The translations under genes and the position numbers were made by a program. Below, piece after piece: positions 51,132 to 64,000 of a DNA stretch of 64,000 nucleotides (position 1 is its first letter; every line of letters begins with the position of its first letter). The stretch lies in contig CM041465.1 in assembly GCA_023213395.1 (NCBI GenBank), positions 202,437,741 to 202,501,740 on the forward strand, read 5' to 3'. The notes beneath the pieces are model-generated. The model searched no databases. It saw only the letters and a program-made list of their open reading frames with translations, and was not told where the DNA came from. Source of the DNA: Cycas panzhihuaensis (Eukaryota; Plantae; Cycadophyta).

Positions 51132-54073
51132 GATGTTATAAACTTTCATAAGTGTTATATATAAAAGATGAGGTTATCCTTTTTTGTAGTGATCGACAAT
51201 ATTGTTGGGACATGGGGGCCCAACTAGACTTATAGTAGAGGCACAAAGGAGAAAGAAACCTCAATGACAGATGGTGTTTATGAACACTAGGGTGATTGAA
51301 CCCATAGAATATATAGATAGGGCAATGAATGCATTCACACACATCTCCAATCCAACTGCCTTTGTGCCATGCATGCCCTAGAAAAATGATATTGAGTATA
51401 AGCCTAACATAGGCATTATTCCAATATTTCTCCCTAATAATGCTTATCTGGGAAGATTCCAAATTTATCTTTGACATTGTTGAACTTTGATTTGGTTAAT
51501 ACCTTGGTAAATATGTCTACAACGTATTCATATATTTTGTAGTAGACCAATTCAATTTCACCTTACTTCTCTAGTTCCCTAGCAAAATGATGTTGCATTT
51601 CTATGTGCTTGGCTTTACCATGAAATTTGGATCCTTAGTTATTTGAATAATATTTTGATCATTACAAAGCAATTGTGTAAGACTAATGTGTTCTTCTTGT
51701 AAATCTTATAAAACCCTTCTAAACTAAATTATTTTACAAGTAGTTACAACATCTACCTTATATTTTACTTTTATAACAAAAAGTAATACTATAAATTGCC
51801 TTTTTGAACACCAATCAACCACTACTAAACTCAAGTTAAAAGCATAACCTAATGTGAATTTCCAACCATTTGTGCAACCTACCCAATCTAAGTTTGTATA
51901 ACTAGTTAACCTATAAGAGCATGATGACTTGTAATGAAGTCTATATCCAATTGTACTATTAAGACACCTAATAATTCTTTAGTTTCATGCCAATATATCA
52001 TCTTAGTCTCATGAATAATCCTAAAAACTACACTTACTACATATATTATATCTGGTTGAGTTAAAGCTAAGGATATAAGACTTCTAATCAATTACTTATA
52101 GAAGGTAGGATTAATTAATTTAGACTCCTCATACCTAGATAACTTCAACCTAACTTCTGTACAGTTTACAACTAGTTTGCAACTATCCATGTTGAATATA
52201 TATAGTATATCCAAGGTATACTTAGTTATAATACAAAGAAGCCCTTATAATCTTTCCTTCCTTTGATGCCTAAGAAGAAATGCATTTATCCCAAATATGT
52301 CATCTCAAATTCCTCACATATATTTGCCTTGAATTTTTGAAATTAATATTTATAATTCCTAGTATGTATTAAGTCATAAACATATAGCTCTATAATCAAG
52401 ATTAATGTTCCATCCAACTTGACATATAAATTGGGGTTAAAATACTTCCTCAGGAAACCTTTATTCTTGAAGTAATTGTCAATCCTAGAGTACCAAGTCC
52501 TAAGTACCTACTTAAGACCATATAAGTCCTTCTTCAACATATAGACCTTTACTTCTTTTCCTATAACTTTAAATACTTTTGTTTGTTGGACACAAGTCTC
52601 TTCATCTACATAGCCATTTAAGAATATGTGTTTTATATACATTTGATGGATGGTCCAACCATGTAGTGCAACTAAGGCCAAGATTAATCTAATAGTTTCC
52701 ACTCTTTCGATAAGTGTGAATGTTTCACTATAATCAATGCCTTTATTTTATGCATATATCTTTGCAACTAAACAAACCTTGTATTTAAAAATTGACCCAT
52801 TTGATTTATACTTGGTCTTATATATACTTATTTGTACTAACTACATTTTTTCTTAGTAGAAAACCAACTGATTCCTAGGTATTATTTTTTACTAAGCCAT
52901 TTTATTCCTTCTAAATAGCTTACTTCCACTATTTTTGAGCATTTGCCTCTTTAAAGTTTTGAGGTTGATTATTTTCCATGACTTGTGCAATTAAGAAAAA
53001 ATTTATGATATTTTAAGATCTTGCAGTCCTTTTATCAAAGTTTATATCCAAGATATCTTGAGGAGTATAAGGTCTTTGTACCTATTTAGAAATCTTCATA
53101 TTATTTTAGCTTAAGGTAGTTGGTCCTACTCCACCTATGCTAGTCATCATAGGTATATTTGTACCACTAATACTTGGCTTCACATTAATCGTTACAGATT
53201 TTCCTTTGTCCCTTTTAAAATCAACTTAATATATTCCATCTTCTTTAAAGATGGCATCTGTGCTTATGAATGTTTTCTTCTCTTCAAGATCATATAATTT
53301 ATAGGATGTTACGACCCTCATTAAACACTAATTAATTAATTAATTAATGGGAGAAAGAATGCCTTTGAATGGTTGCACCTCTTTGCTAAAAGACTTGATT
53401 CCATGCATATAATTATGCATATATTGTAAACATTTATAATCACTTATATTTTTACTAATAATCAATTACTTTTTTTACTATTAAAATATTCTTAAGAACC
53501 CATTATGCTCTCTAACTCTCTGAAACTTGTTCATTAATCCCTAATACAAACTAGGTTTATAACAAGTAGTATCAGAGCAAGTTCATTTACTAGAGGTAAA
53601 AGCACAAATTCACCTTCTCAACAAAAAGTGAAGTGAACTCCATGTAAAGATATCCAAGGCAAATCCATTCACTATAGATAGCATGCACTTGTGCATAATC
53701 ACCCTTAATTATGTACTATAGTATTCATGAAACACCTTTTATAAATTTTATATCCATAAGTGTATTATACTTAGTCACTTTAATAATTCATATACATATA
53801 TTATAGTTGTAAATATATTATTGTTTACATTAACATCTACATTGCTACATACATATTGTTCTACGTAAATAATAAATGAATTGAAACCATCAATTTTTTT
53901 TCCTTTTCTATCTTGTAGTAGTCTACCTCCTAGTTTGTCTCCAGTTGGTACTCTTTTGACCCGTAGACATCTCTTAGCTCATATTTGCCCTTCACATAAA
54001 AACATTTTATAACTACTAACAATATTAAATCTATATATATATATTGCAACCTTCATTTTTATTTACAAATGGT

Positions 54074-54228
54074 TCTTAGTTATGCATATTAAGCACATTC
54101 TCCTAATCATTTTGTCATTACTGGCACTATAGTTACGTAGCAGTTGTGAGCTCTTGGTTGTGCATATTAAGCACATTCTCTGAATCATTTCACCACTGCT
54201 GCCATTATAGGTACGTAACAATTATCAT
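54074..54228. repeat. 78-bp direct duplication in gypsy leader
   Basis: tgcatattaagcacattctc...tatag.tacgta occurs twice with period 78. Confidence 0.8.
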
Positions 54229-54723
54229 GTTAGACTAAAGTCTTATTGCCTATTTATCATCATTATCTTCTAACTATCACCATTGTTGTCATCTGTAAGC
54301 ATCATCTTGTAATAGATGTATATGCACTACATTTTTTTTTATGCCATTAACATTATTAATTTAAAACTATATTCATTGCCTTAGTCACTTTTCTATAAGA
54401 GTAAATTCTGGAAAAAAAAAAGAAAAATCCTTTTCAACTGAAATCATAAACGTAATTTCAAGTCTATACCATTCCATATTTAGTTAGTATATACACAATG
54501 CCATTCTATCTTTAGTTAAGGTTATCATTAGTATAGCCACTATATCTCACACATATAATCCACATTGAGGCGCAGTCAAATAATTGACCTATGAAATATA
54601 ATATACACTAATATATAATGATATCATTGTATTATACCTACATAATAAACAAGTAAGACTAATAAACAATTGTAACATTCCTAATCACTGTATTACCTAT
54701 TAACCTACCTTTGTACTAAGTTG

Positions 54724-54724
<1 letters not shown>

Positions 54725-54763
<39 letters not shown>

Positions 54764-54840
54764 TCGCTCACTCAATCTCGATATATCTATATCTATATAC
54801 GTACCAATACATACATATGCATACATACACACAGACACAC
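54725..54840. repeat. Compound (CT)n(CA)n/(TA) microsatellite
   Basis: Read directly. Confidence 0.9.
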
Positions 54841-57800
54841 ACTCATTATTAAAGGTTACATATTCACCATATATCATATAAGAACTAGGCCCTCTACATA
54901 TCTTCATATAAATTATCAACATAGTATTATATGTTTTAAGGAAAAAAAGATAACATAGTTCCTTTTAGATATAATATGGTACATTGTCTAAGCCGATTTA
55001 ATATGGGTAATAAGCAAAAAAAGGGTAGTGATAGATCTTTTAGCCTGTAGAGGGTATTTCACATCTTGTGTTCTGTGCTTATATAAATCTAACAAAGCAC
55101 TTATAGTAACAAAAGATAATAGGTAAAATCGTACTTATACCATTATAAAAGTAATCAATACTAAAAAAATAGTTGACAATTTAATTCAAAAAGACATAGT
55201 TGAACCTATTACCCAAGTAGTTCACGAGGTAATTTAAATGCCAAATGCACTCTTAAATCATACCTTACATCATATCTTAGATAAATTGACAATCTTAACA
55301 TCAGGCAAAAAAGAAGACATAATTATCCCTAACTCAAAAGACAAAGGAATTGGTCACCAATTATATGCTAGAACCTAATTTACAAGAGATCATTTTGTGC
55401 CATGAGTAACTTAACATTAGCAATGAACCTATCAAGAAATATCTTAATGACTACCAAAATCTAACACCTGAAGAACAAAAAGTGGTTGGGTTTCAAGCAT
55501 ATTTTAACTATTTATAAATCATACAATTATAGAGGAAGAAAAAGCTAGAAAAATTTGTGATATAATGCTTCAGTATTGAGCAGAAAATACATGAACTAAG
55601 AGTATATATTCAACAAATAGAAAATTATTTTTGTTTGCTTGAAATTGAGCCAATTAAACAAGTTACTTTAGCAACCTTACACTTGGACGTAATAACATAA
55701 GAATAGTGGCAATGTTTAGAACGTACCACATTTCAAAACCAATTGTCAACATGGAAAGAATTTGTTTGCTTATTCATTAAAATAATTAAAATTGTAACCA
55801 ACCATGATTACTATTATAAATTACCAAAATTAAGACAAATAAAATCTATAGAATAATATAACATGGAATTTACAATGTTAAGTTATATACTAGAAGGCAT
55901 CCTAACTAGTAGACTCATTCAATTGTACAATGATAGCCTGATAATGAAAATCCAAGTTGATGTAAAGATCTAAGAACCAAAAGATCTTAACAACTAGGCA
56001 GAATACATGAAGATAAGCTTAGCACATTATGCAAGATAAATATAAATCCCTATATTCCTCCATTTACCTAACCTAGTACATTACCGAGTGTTCACTATAA
56101 ACCACTATTGACTAATCTGAATTGACATGTTATACTAATCCTTCAAAAGACAAGAATAGAATAAGAAGAGTTAAAGAAAAAAGATCTATACTTTAGATGT
56201 GAAGAAAAGTGGGTACCTGTGTATAGATGTCAAAAGAACTAGGTATATATAATTAGATTATTGCTAGATGATAATATTAATGAAGAAGAAAAAGAACAAA
56301 GTTTAGAAAACAACTAGGAAGATTGTTATAATTATGAACATTAGGGAAATTACTACAATCTTGAGGTTGACAACCTAAAAATATTGTTCTCATGTATGAA
56401 TAATTTCACTCAGCCAAATACATTAGAACTTGTAGGATTTATCAAAAACCAAGTTGTTACAAACTTGGTGGATCCAAGTAACACTTATAATTTTATTAAT
56501 AAAAATTGTGCTCAATAGTTGAGATTATTTCCATTAAGAACTCCTCATTTCCAAGTAAATCTTAAATAAAGACAAGTAATATTAGGGAAAGGCATGGTGT
56601 GAAACCTTAATCTCATGGTGAGCAATGGTATCATTACAAAAAACGTTTACATCCTTGATGTAGGGGGTGTAGATATTATTTTAGGCAGTTAATAGATTAG
56701 CACTCTTGAAACATTCAAAATGAATTTAGATAAGTTATTTATAAGATTTAAGAAGGAAGGAAGAACCATTATGTTTTTAGAAAAAACATTAAGAAAAATT
56801 AAAGTAATATCATGTAAGTATATGGAGAAAGAAACTGGGAAGCATTATTAAGATATAAGGGTTCAATTTTTTACATTCTAAGTAGAAATCAAATCAACAA
56901 CTTGAAGGGATGAAATATACAAAACATCCCAAAAACCTGTAAAAATCTACTAAGGTCTTCAAGTATAATCATCTTCCAATAAAATCTTGCAACATCTAAA
57001 TAATGTCTTAATGGGCACAAACTTAATGGATATTCAAACCTATAAGGGGACATATCACTATTGAGATAAAGCTTCAATATAATATCACATAAGTTATGAT
57101 GTTTTTTTTAAAGACTGTGATCATTTGTTATGTTTAACTATGTTTCGTGGGCAAAAAGGTTTAAAGGGAAGAAATCATTACAACCCTCATTAAATACTAC
57201 TTAATTAATTAATTAATTATTAGGAGAAAGGGTGCCTTCGAATGGTTGCACCTTTCTGCTAAAAGACTCAAATTCATTCATATAAATATCCATACATTGT
57301 AAATATTTATCATCACTTATATTTTTATCAATGATCAATTGGTCTTTTAATTATTAAAATATTCTCAAGTGCCTATTATGCTCTCTAACTCTCTAAAACC
57401 TATTCATTATTCATCGATATAAATTAGGTTCGTAACATAAGAGCCTAAGGCACCACTATAGCCTATAAATATATACTTCACACATTTTTCATCCAATTTT
57501 GTTCTCCTTCATTCTATGATATATGCATAAGCAATAGACCCAAATTCGTTTAAATGTTTTATGTTAGTCTCTTGTGTCCTAATTAACCTTCACCATCCTG
57601 ACTAAGCCTGTTTAAGTGTTATCCATCTCGCTACTTTACTTATACATTTGTTTAATAAGTAGATAACTATATAGACTACTTGTGTCTAATATTCATTACC
57701 GAAATTCTTGTCTTTAAGCTTAGTTTTAGCCAATTTAACTATAGGCCTATTCTTCTTTTTAGTTATTATATTTTATTGAGGGGTGTAAAGATTAGTCAAC

Positions 57801-60800
57801 TACTTCTTAATCCCATAGTACCTGTAATAATCTTTGAACTTATTGGGGATAAAACCCCTCTTTATTATCTTATCTAAGCAGTATTATTGTATGATAACTT
57901 TATCTTTCTATCATAACTTTGAAGTCATCAAAACATTGAAATGACTTTGGTTTATTCTTTAAGACATATACCCAAGTCATTCTTAAGTAACTATCAATAA
58001 AAGTTATGACATATCTTTCCCCTCTAAGGGACAAGGTGTCCATTGGTCTGCATAGATATATGCATACTAATTGAAGTGGCACTTTAACTCTAAATTTTCA
58101 TTTAAAAAATCTTTCCTTAATTATTTGCCTATTATACACCCTTCATAAATTCCTTTACTTTCTTCAATATTTGGTAGACTAATAACCTTCTTTATTTTCT
58201 TCATTAAGATAAGATTATTGTAATTTACATTGGAAAATTTTTAATGCCACATCTTATTATTAACTTCAATTAATTCCTTTAAGGTATAAGTATCACTAAG
58301 AGGTACTACTAACTTGAAAAACCTCTTATTAGTCATTTATTCCTTAACCATTAAAACTCCAGTCTTCAACTTATCCCTTATTATGTAGTCATCACTATCA
58401 CATATAACCTTGTAATTTTACTCCATTATTTGACTAATAAATTAGATTTTTCATAAGTGTAGGGACACACAACACATCATTGACTTACTTAGTTTCTCTA
58501 TGATCAATTTGTATGTGTACATTGCCTCTACCTATTGTCTCTTAAATAGTGTTATCACCAAACATGATTCTACTTATTTAAGAGTTATCTAACTTCTTAA
58601 ACCATTGTGTTCTCTGGGTCATATATGTAAAGCATCCTAAATATATGTGTTATCCTTCTTCATATTTATTTTCCATGAGACTTGATAAGAAAAGATTTCC
58701 ACTTTCTCTTATTTCTTTCATGTCTATATTAGCCATACCTTTCTCTATATTAGTCCTTTTAAGGAAGCAATTGCTCTTTAAGTGTCCACCTACTTTATAA
58801 TAGGAGCATTCAATAGTCTCTCTACCTCTTCCTTTAGGATTTCTTCCTCTTTGGCCTTAATTTAGGCCTTTTCATCTAGGACTTTTCCCTCTGACCCTAG
58901 AGTTTAATGGTCTAAAAAATTGTCCTTGGTTTCTACAACTTTATCCTCTAAGATATTGACTTGTTCCCCTAGGGACTTAACTTCTTCCTCTTAAACGTTT
59001 TCTTTCATAATGATTTTATTGTGGTATAATATTAGTGTTAGTGGCAAAGGCATTCTTGAAAGATTTACCTATATTTTTCTTCTCTTCTATGGCAAGAAAA
59101 ATGTTGTTAAGTTCATCAACCTTCATTGTTGTAAGATATTTTAACACCTCTATATTAGTAGTTACAATTTCAAATTTCTTAAGTTCTCTTATGCTTCTTG
59201 GTATCTTTTCTAATTATTTTTTATCACTAATATCTTCCTTAAGAACCCTCATTTGATTAATTAGCCCTTGAATTCAGTGATGTAATCATTAACTCCTTCG
59301 TTGTAATTTATTTGGTAGTTCTTAATCTTCATCTATAGTGTTTGCAATTTTACCATTATAGCTCCCTCATATACAATCTTCAATGTGTCCTAAGCTTCTT
59401 TAAAAGTCTTTGCCTTGCTAACTAATAGAGAGGTGTGGTCTTTCGATGAACAAAAAATGAAAGGAAGTGCTTCATTATCCCTCTTTTTATTTTTCTTACA
59501 TAATTTAATTTTATCTACTAGAGCATTAGGAGCTAATACACTATAACCATTACAGATTAAATCCCACATGTCTTTTAAGACAAATATAGGATTCATTTAC
59601 CTACTTCAATTTATATAATTTGAACCATCCAATTTTGGGACCATAAATTATTCACATTTGAAGACATGATGAGAAAAATACTTTAAAAAGTAAACATGAA
59701 GAGTACTTTAAAAGGTGAAGAAAAATATAAGCAATTACACAAAAAAAGACTTTAAAACACTATAAATTGTCCCACTTCAACTCTGGGACATGCACAAGTG
59801 TTCAAATTAGGATTCTACTACCTCTAAATTTTTTTTCCTATTAACTTAAGGTTATAATAAACAAATTTTTATAATATTTTGTATTTGGGCCATCTTACAA
59901 GAAATTCACAAAATATATATAATAACTTTGAGCTTTAAAATTTTACATGAAATTAAGCTAAACATAATCAACTAAAAATGTACAACTTCGTAGCAAATTT
60001 TAATAAATCTTGTTGATAATTAAAATTCATATGAAAATTTTCTTCAACTTTTAGATATTAAAATGGACATAAAAATGAAACCCAACCAATGAGTGTAACC
60101 ACACCTATGAAGGAATAAAAATGATGATCACAATAAATCAAGAAATTTTAAAACCTAAGTCTAAATGTAAAAGTTACAACTATCTCAATAGAAGTGGGTG
60201 CTTAAAAATAAAATAGGTTATTCTAAATTATTGATAATCCCTTTTCAAATAAGCATCTTATCATATTACCTCCCTTATGTGACTTATAGTTGAGTGGCAT
60301 GTAGACTACCTTGCTTCAAAATTCACATGATTATAAAATAGGATTAATTTTTTAAACTATAGAAATAACCTAAATGTGAAACAACTTTACCAATATCTTC
60401 TCTTTGATTTACCTGTAAGCTCAGATCCTAGCTTTAAATTTATACTTAAGTCTATAGATTGACCTATAATCCATGACTATAAATGTATTGGTATTGAATG
60501 GCTATGAAGCAAAGGAAGATGTCAAAGTCAAATGGTATTAGCAGTCCACAAAGTTCAACTTTAATAGTAAAATAGATGGCATGTCAGAGATGTGAATAAA
60601 CTAAGTGGAATTCAAATAGTAGTAAGAGATATGTTTTTCTCCTTTAACTTTATCATTATACTTCATATGGCCCTCTATTACTTCAAGACTTCACTATTTG
60701 TTAAGTTTTTCTTTAACATTTTAAACTCTTTATGATAAAATTCTTTCTTTTTAGCATCCTTCGTTTGAGTCTTATTTGTCACTGTAGGTCATATTTTTAG

Positions 60801-61429
60801 TATTACCCAAAAATGCTACCTACCACATAGAATGTATTTTACCAAAACTTAGCCCTCAATTGATCTTCATTACCATAAAAAAATTTCTACTTTATTTACA
60901 TTTGATATAATTAATTGAATCTTGTTCTATGTTATATTAGGCTATGTTTTGATGAAATGTGCTATTGATTTTGTGCATAATCTATGTTGAATGATGATGG
61001 TTGTACTTTTATATTTTTTCACTTATTGATGAGTGAAAACTATAGCAATAAAATCTTGTCTTTATGATCATTTTGACTCACTTATTTTTCCTTAAAACTC
61101 TTATTTATTTCATTCTTTTTCTCTTAATTTTATTTTTAAATCATCACTTTTTCATGATTTTAGAGCTTGTGCTTAAGTTTCCACCCCTTTTAGGCTGCTC
61201 TTTTATACTGATTAAGTCATTTTTATGTAAAATTTTTAATAAAAATTTATTCTTAAAATTTTTAATTATCAATTTTCATCTCCTAATTTATCACCATTTT
61301 GGTTCTACCAAAAATGTGATCAATCACATTTTATTAAAAATGATGTGTTTTTTGTTATTAATAAAATGTGATTGGTCACATTTTTGACTATCATGCATGC
61401 AAATTTTTTAATAACGCCCTAGTTTTACA

Positions 61430-64000
61430 TGTTGTAGCCCAGACTCGGTGTAAAATAACTCCTTTCATGCCCATAACCCTTTGAAACCTTATGGAGATAA
61501 TTCATTCGTATGTTGTGAGCTTGATGTTATGATTTTGAGAGTGAATTCTTGAGAAATTGAAAGAATTTTTTTGTGATTTTGATATCCATCTTTGAGGAAA
61601 GAAAAGTAAAATCAAGAGAAGAGATCTAGAGCTCTATTTGTTATTTGATTACTATTTGAATTTGGCTTGTTACTACTTTGTAAGGTACTTGGTTTATTGC
61701 AACTCTTTACTTCAGACTTCATAGATTTGGTAAGGTCATTTCTACTGTAGTTTCCTTTTGATTTGGTACTCTTTTGATGATTTTTTCATTACTAGATATG
61801 CCTCTTTCTTTCATTTGATTTCTAAAACTCCTTCATCTGCATTTGTCCTTAGAAAATCTTAGCTTAAAGGTTAGCCCTTTATAGGAAAATACAGAAGTAG
61901 TCTATTATGAAGAGAGATTTACCTCTTCACCATAAAATATAGCTACTCTCTCCCATTCTCCTCAATTATCCAAGCTTACCAAGAGATCTAGTCTCACCCT
62001 TTCTTCTCTCTTAGTTGTTGAGTTTATTCTTCTCAATTTTCTTCCTTTTCATTCTTATTTTAAGGATAAAATTAAGAAATATTAATTATATTAAAGGGAG
62101 ATAGCTATTCTGAGGCAGGAATTTATCATTGGAATAAAGATTTTTAAAAATTATTAGTTTTGAATTCCTTGACTTTGTTTTCTCTGTTTTCTCTCTTTTC
62201 ATAAAATGGGCATATGTGCATGAATGGCATATCTTTGTAGAAATTAGATTACATGAGGTTCAAGGATCCCATAGTGTCTAAAAAACTCCATTAGTAATAT
62301 AATCTCTTTATGATTTTAGTTTATTATTTGCTTGCAAAGATATCAATTATAGTTAGTTACATGTAAATTTTATGGGTTGCATATGATTCTTAGTTATTGA
62401 AATCTCTTATTGTTATTAAAATCATTCTTAAAATCGAAATCACATGTGCATGAAGTGAAAATTTTTATATAAGCATAATATGTTATTTTAGCTTCCATCA
62501 AGTTACACATAATATTGTTTATCATACTATTTGCATCTCATGCCAGTTACTTTAGTGTTTGAAAAGAAGTGTGTTGTGCATCTTTAAGAGATAATATCTT
62601 TTTTATTTTGGTGTTCTTTACTTTAAAAAAAAAAAAAATTATATATATATAGACACACACACACACACACATACATATGTGTGTGTATAGAAAAAGAAGT
62701 AGCATATATGATTTATTTTCTTAGTTGATTTGAAAAAAAAGTAGTTAGATCTTGTTATTTCATTATTCTTTCCTTTACTTTTATTAAAAAAAAAAAACTA
62801 TAAAATCTTCAATTACATCACCCTTTTCTTTATTATAGTAAATCTAAAGAGTTGAAATAATATAAGGAAAAGAGTCCATAGGAAGTATACAAAAAATGTT
62901 GTTAGCATAGTTTCAAACTTAGAACTCCTCTATTTGTTTGTGTATGCTAGTGTATCCTAATACTCTCCTTATATCCTAGCCTTTCGTTATCACATGCGTA
63001 CTCAAATCAAATTACATAAGTAGGTAGAGAATCATTCTTAAGAGTTGGTAAAGGTGATCTTTAAGTTCCCATAAGCTTAAGCTTCTTTATCTCTTGATCT
63101 AGACCTAAAACAGAGGAAATATAATATCATTAAGAGATACTTAGTCTAGGTTCAATTAAAGTACACCATCTTTCGAGAGACCATACTGGGGAATTACCAT
63201 TTATTTTTTGTTTAAAGTAATGGAAACTACAACTCCTAATCAAAGACGATCATTAAGACTCTAAGGTCTCCCACTTGATTTTCAACTTCAACCCTCACAC
63301 TCTACTCATGAAGTTTCATCTTCTTATGTTGACCTTTCAGAACATCATATACAAGATACTTATATTTATCCTTCTGAAGATTCAACTCAATTGTATAAAA
63401 TACCGATGGAGTAAGAATACCTTGAGCCCTCTAAATTCCATAGTGATGCTTCTATTATGAGTCCTTTTTTCGTACAAGAAGAAGCTTTTCCTACTCAAGC
63501 ACCCCCATCTTATTATACGTTGGTTCTTACTAAGGTTCCTACTCCTCTTCATATGCCTAGATATCAAGATCCTTTTTAGCTAGAGACTCATACCATGATA
63601 TTCTCTCCTCAACACCATTAATTTGATCCATTATGTGAGGAATATGAGACTATACACGTCAAGCCTTTTGTTGCTCCTGATGTCAACTGATCACCCTTGC
63701 CTTCCCATCCTGCTTCACCTAGGCCACATTCTCCTCCTTTGGGAGAGGTTGAATATCATAAATTGGTTCATGCTCATCCCCTCCCCTCACTTTCCATATT
63801 ACAAGTTCAAACTAGTTCTCCTCATGTAGTACCTTCTACACATGAGGGAACTTCTACTACATATGTTCAAGGTAATCTCAGTCCTTCTCATATCCCCACC
63901 TCTCAACAAGTGGATCTATTTTCTTCAATCCCATAACCTATCCATTCATATCCTACTAAAATAGCTTCTTCTCACCTTGTCACTACCTTAACTCTGTTAC
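61430..64000 (+). mobile_element. Unassigned degraded repeat, probably the LTR/leader and Pro/Ser-rich start of another retroelement running off the window
   Basis: LTR-like composition and a Pro/Ser/His-rich broken frame at 63600-64000. No diagnostic motif. Confidence 0.25.
62626..62690. repeat. Compound poly-A/(AT)/(CA)/(GT) microsatellite
   Basis: Read directly. Confidence 0.85.

Larger units (their letters stand above)
53307..57437 (+). mobile_element. Non-autonomous Ty3/gypsy element (gag and protease only) nested in copia integrase
   Basis: LTRs 53307-53564 and 57176-57437. PBS tagtatcagagc at 53567-53578. PPT aaagggaagaaa. TSD tagga / taaga. gag ~55550-56000, KKDLYFRCEEKWVPVYRC at ~56180-56230, protease LVDPSNTYNFI at ~56465. 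No RT or integrase. Confidence 0.9.
50949..59670 (-). mobile_element. Ty1/copia element, minus strand, interrupted by a gypsy insertion; 5' LTR not recognised
   Basis: RNase H end DIFTKVLTKSKF at ~51480-51520. RT ETIRLILALVALHGWTIHQM..YMLKKDLYGLK. Integrase LQLVCIYLCRPM..YVITFIDSYLRMTWVY. gag MWDLICNGY..KRDNEAL. PPT at ~51428-51437. Inferred single 3' LTR 50949-51426. Confidence 0.88.

Overview
AT-rich, CpG-depleted plant nuclear DNA, probably from a large-genome land plant; the taxon cannot be fixed from this window. It consists almost entirely of old, nested retrotransposons and contains no intact host gene. Eight LTR elements are recognisable. Six have both LTRs, and five of those also have a target-site duplication (TSD). 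Ty3/gypsy: 15682-22070 +, 22581-42646 -, 43106-49926 +, 53307-57437 +, plus an older minus-strand remnant at ~3070-6657. Ty1/copia: 7066-12475 +, 25771-33420 +, 34329-41894 +, 50949-~59670 -. LINE ORF1 remnants lie between them. All coding regions are pseudogenised, mainly by C-to-T and G-to-A changes. Four things stand out. (1) A non-autonomous copia-type element (7066-12475) carries in its leader an antisense, CpG-retaining cassette of captured host-gene pieces: plant LRR, FLX-like and AKR2-like. (2) Two related copia elements with diverged LTRs share a ~330-nt non-coding leader block that can fold with a pseudoknot. (3) The same two elements share a triplicated RTG-AAAA-CCC/GGG-CAY hairpin module after pol. 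(4) One 5' LTR has a 111-bp inversion ending at a perfect palindrome. All protein assignments come from hand translation and remembered family motifs, not database searches.
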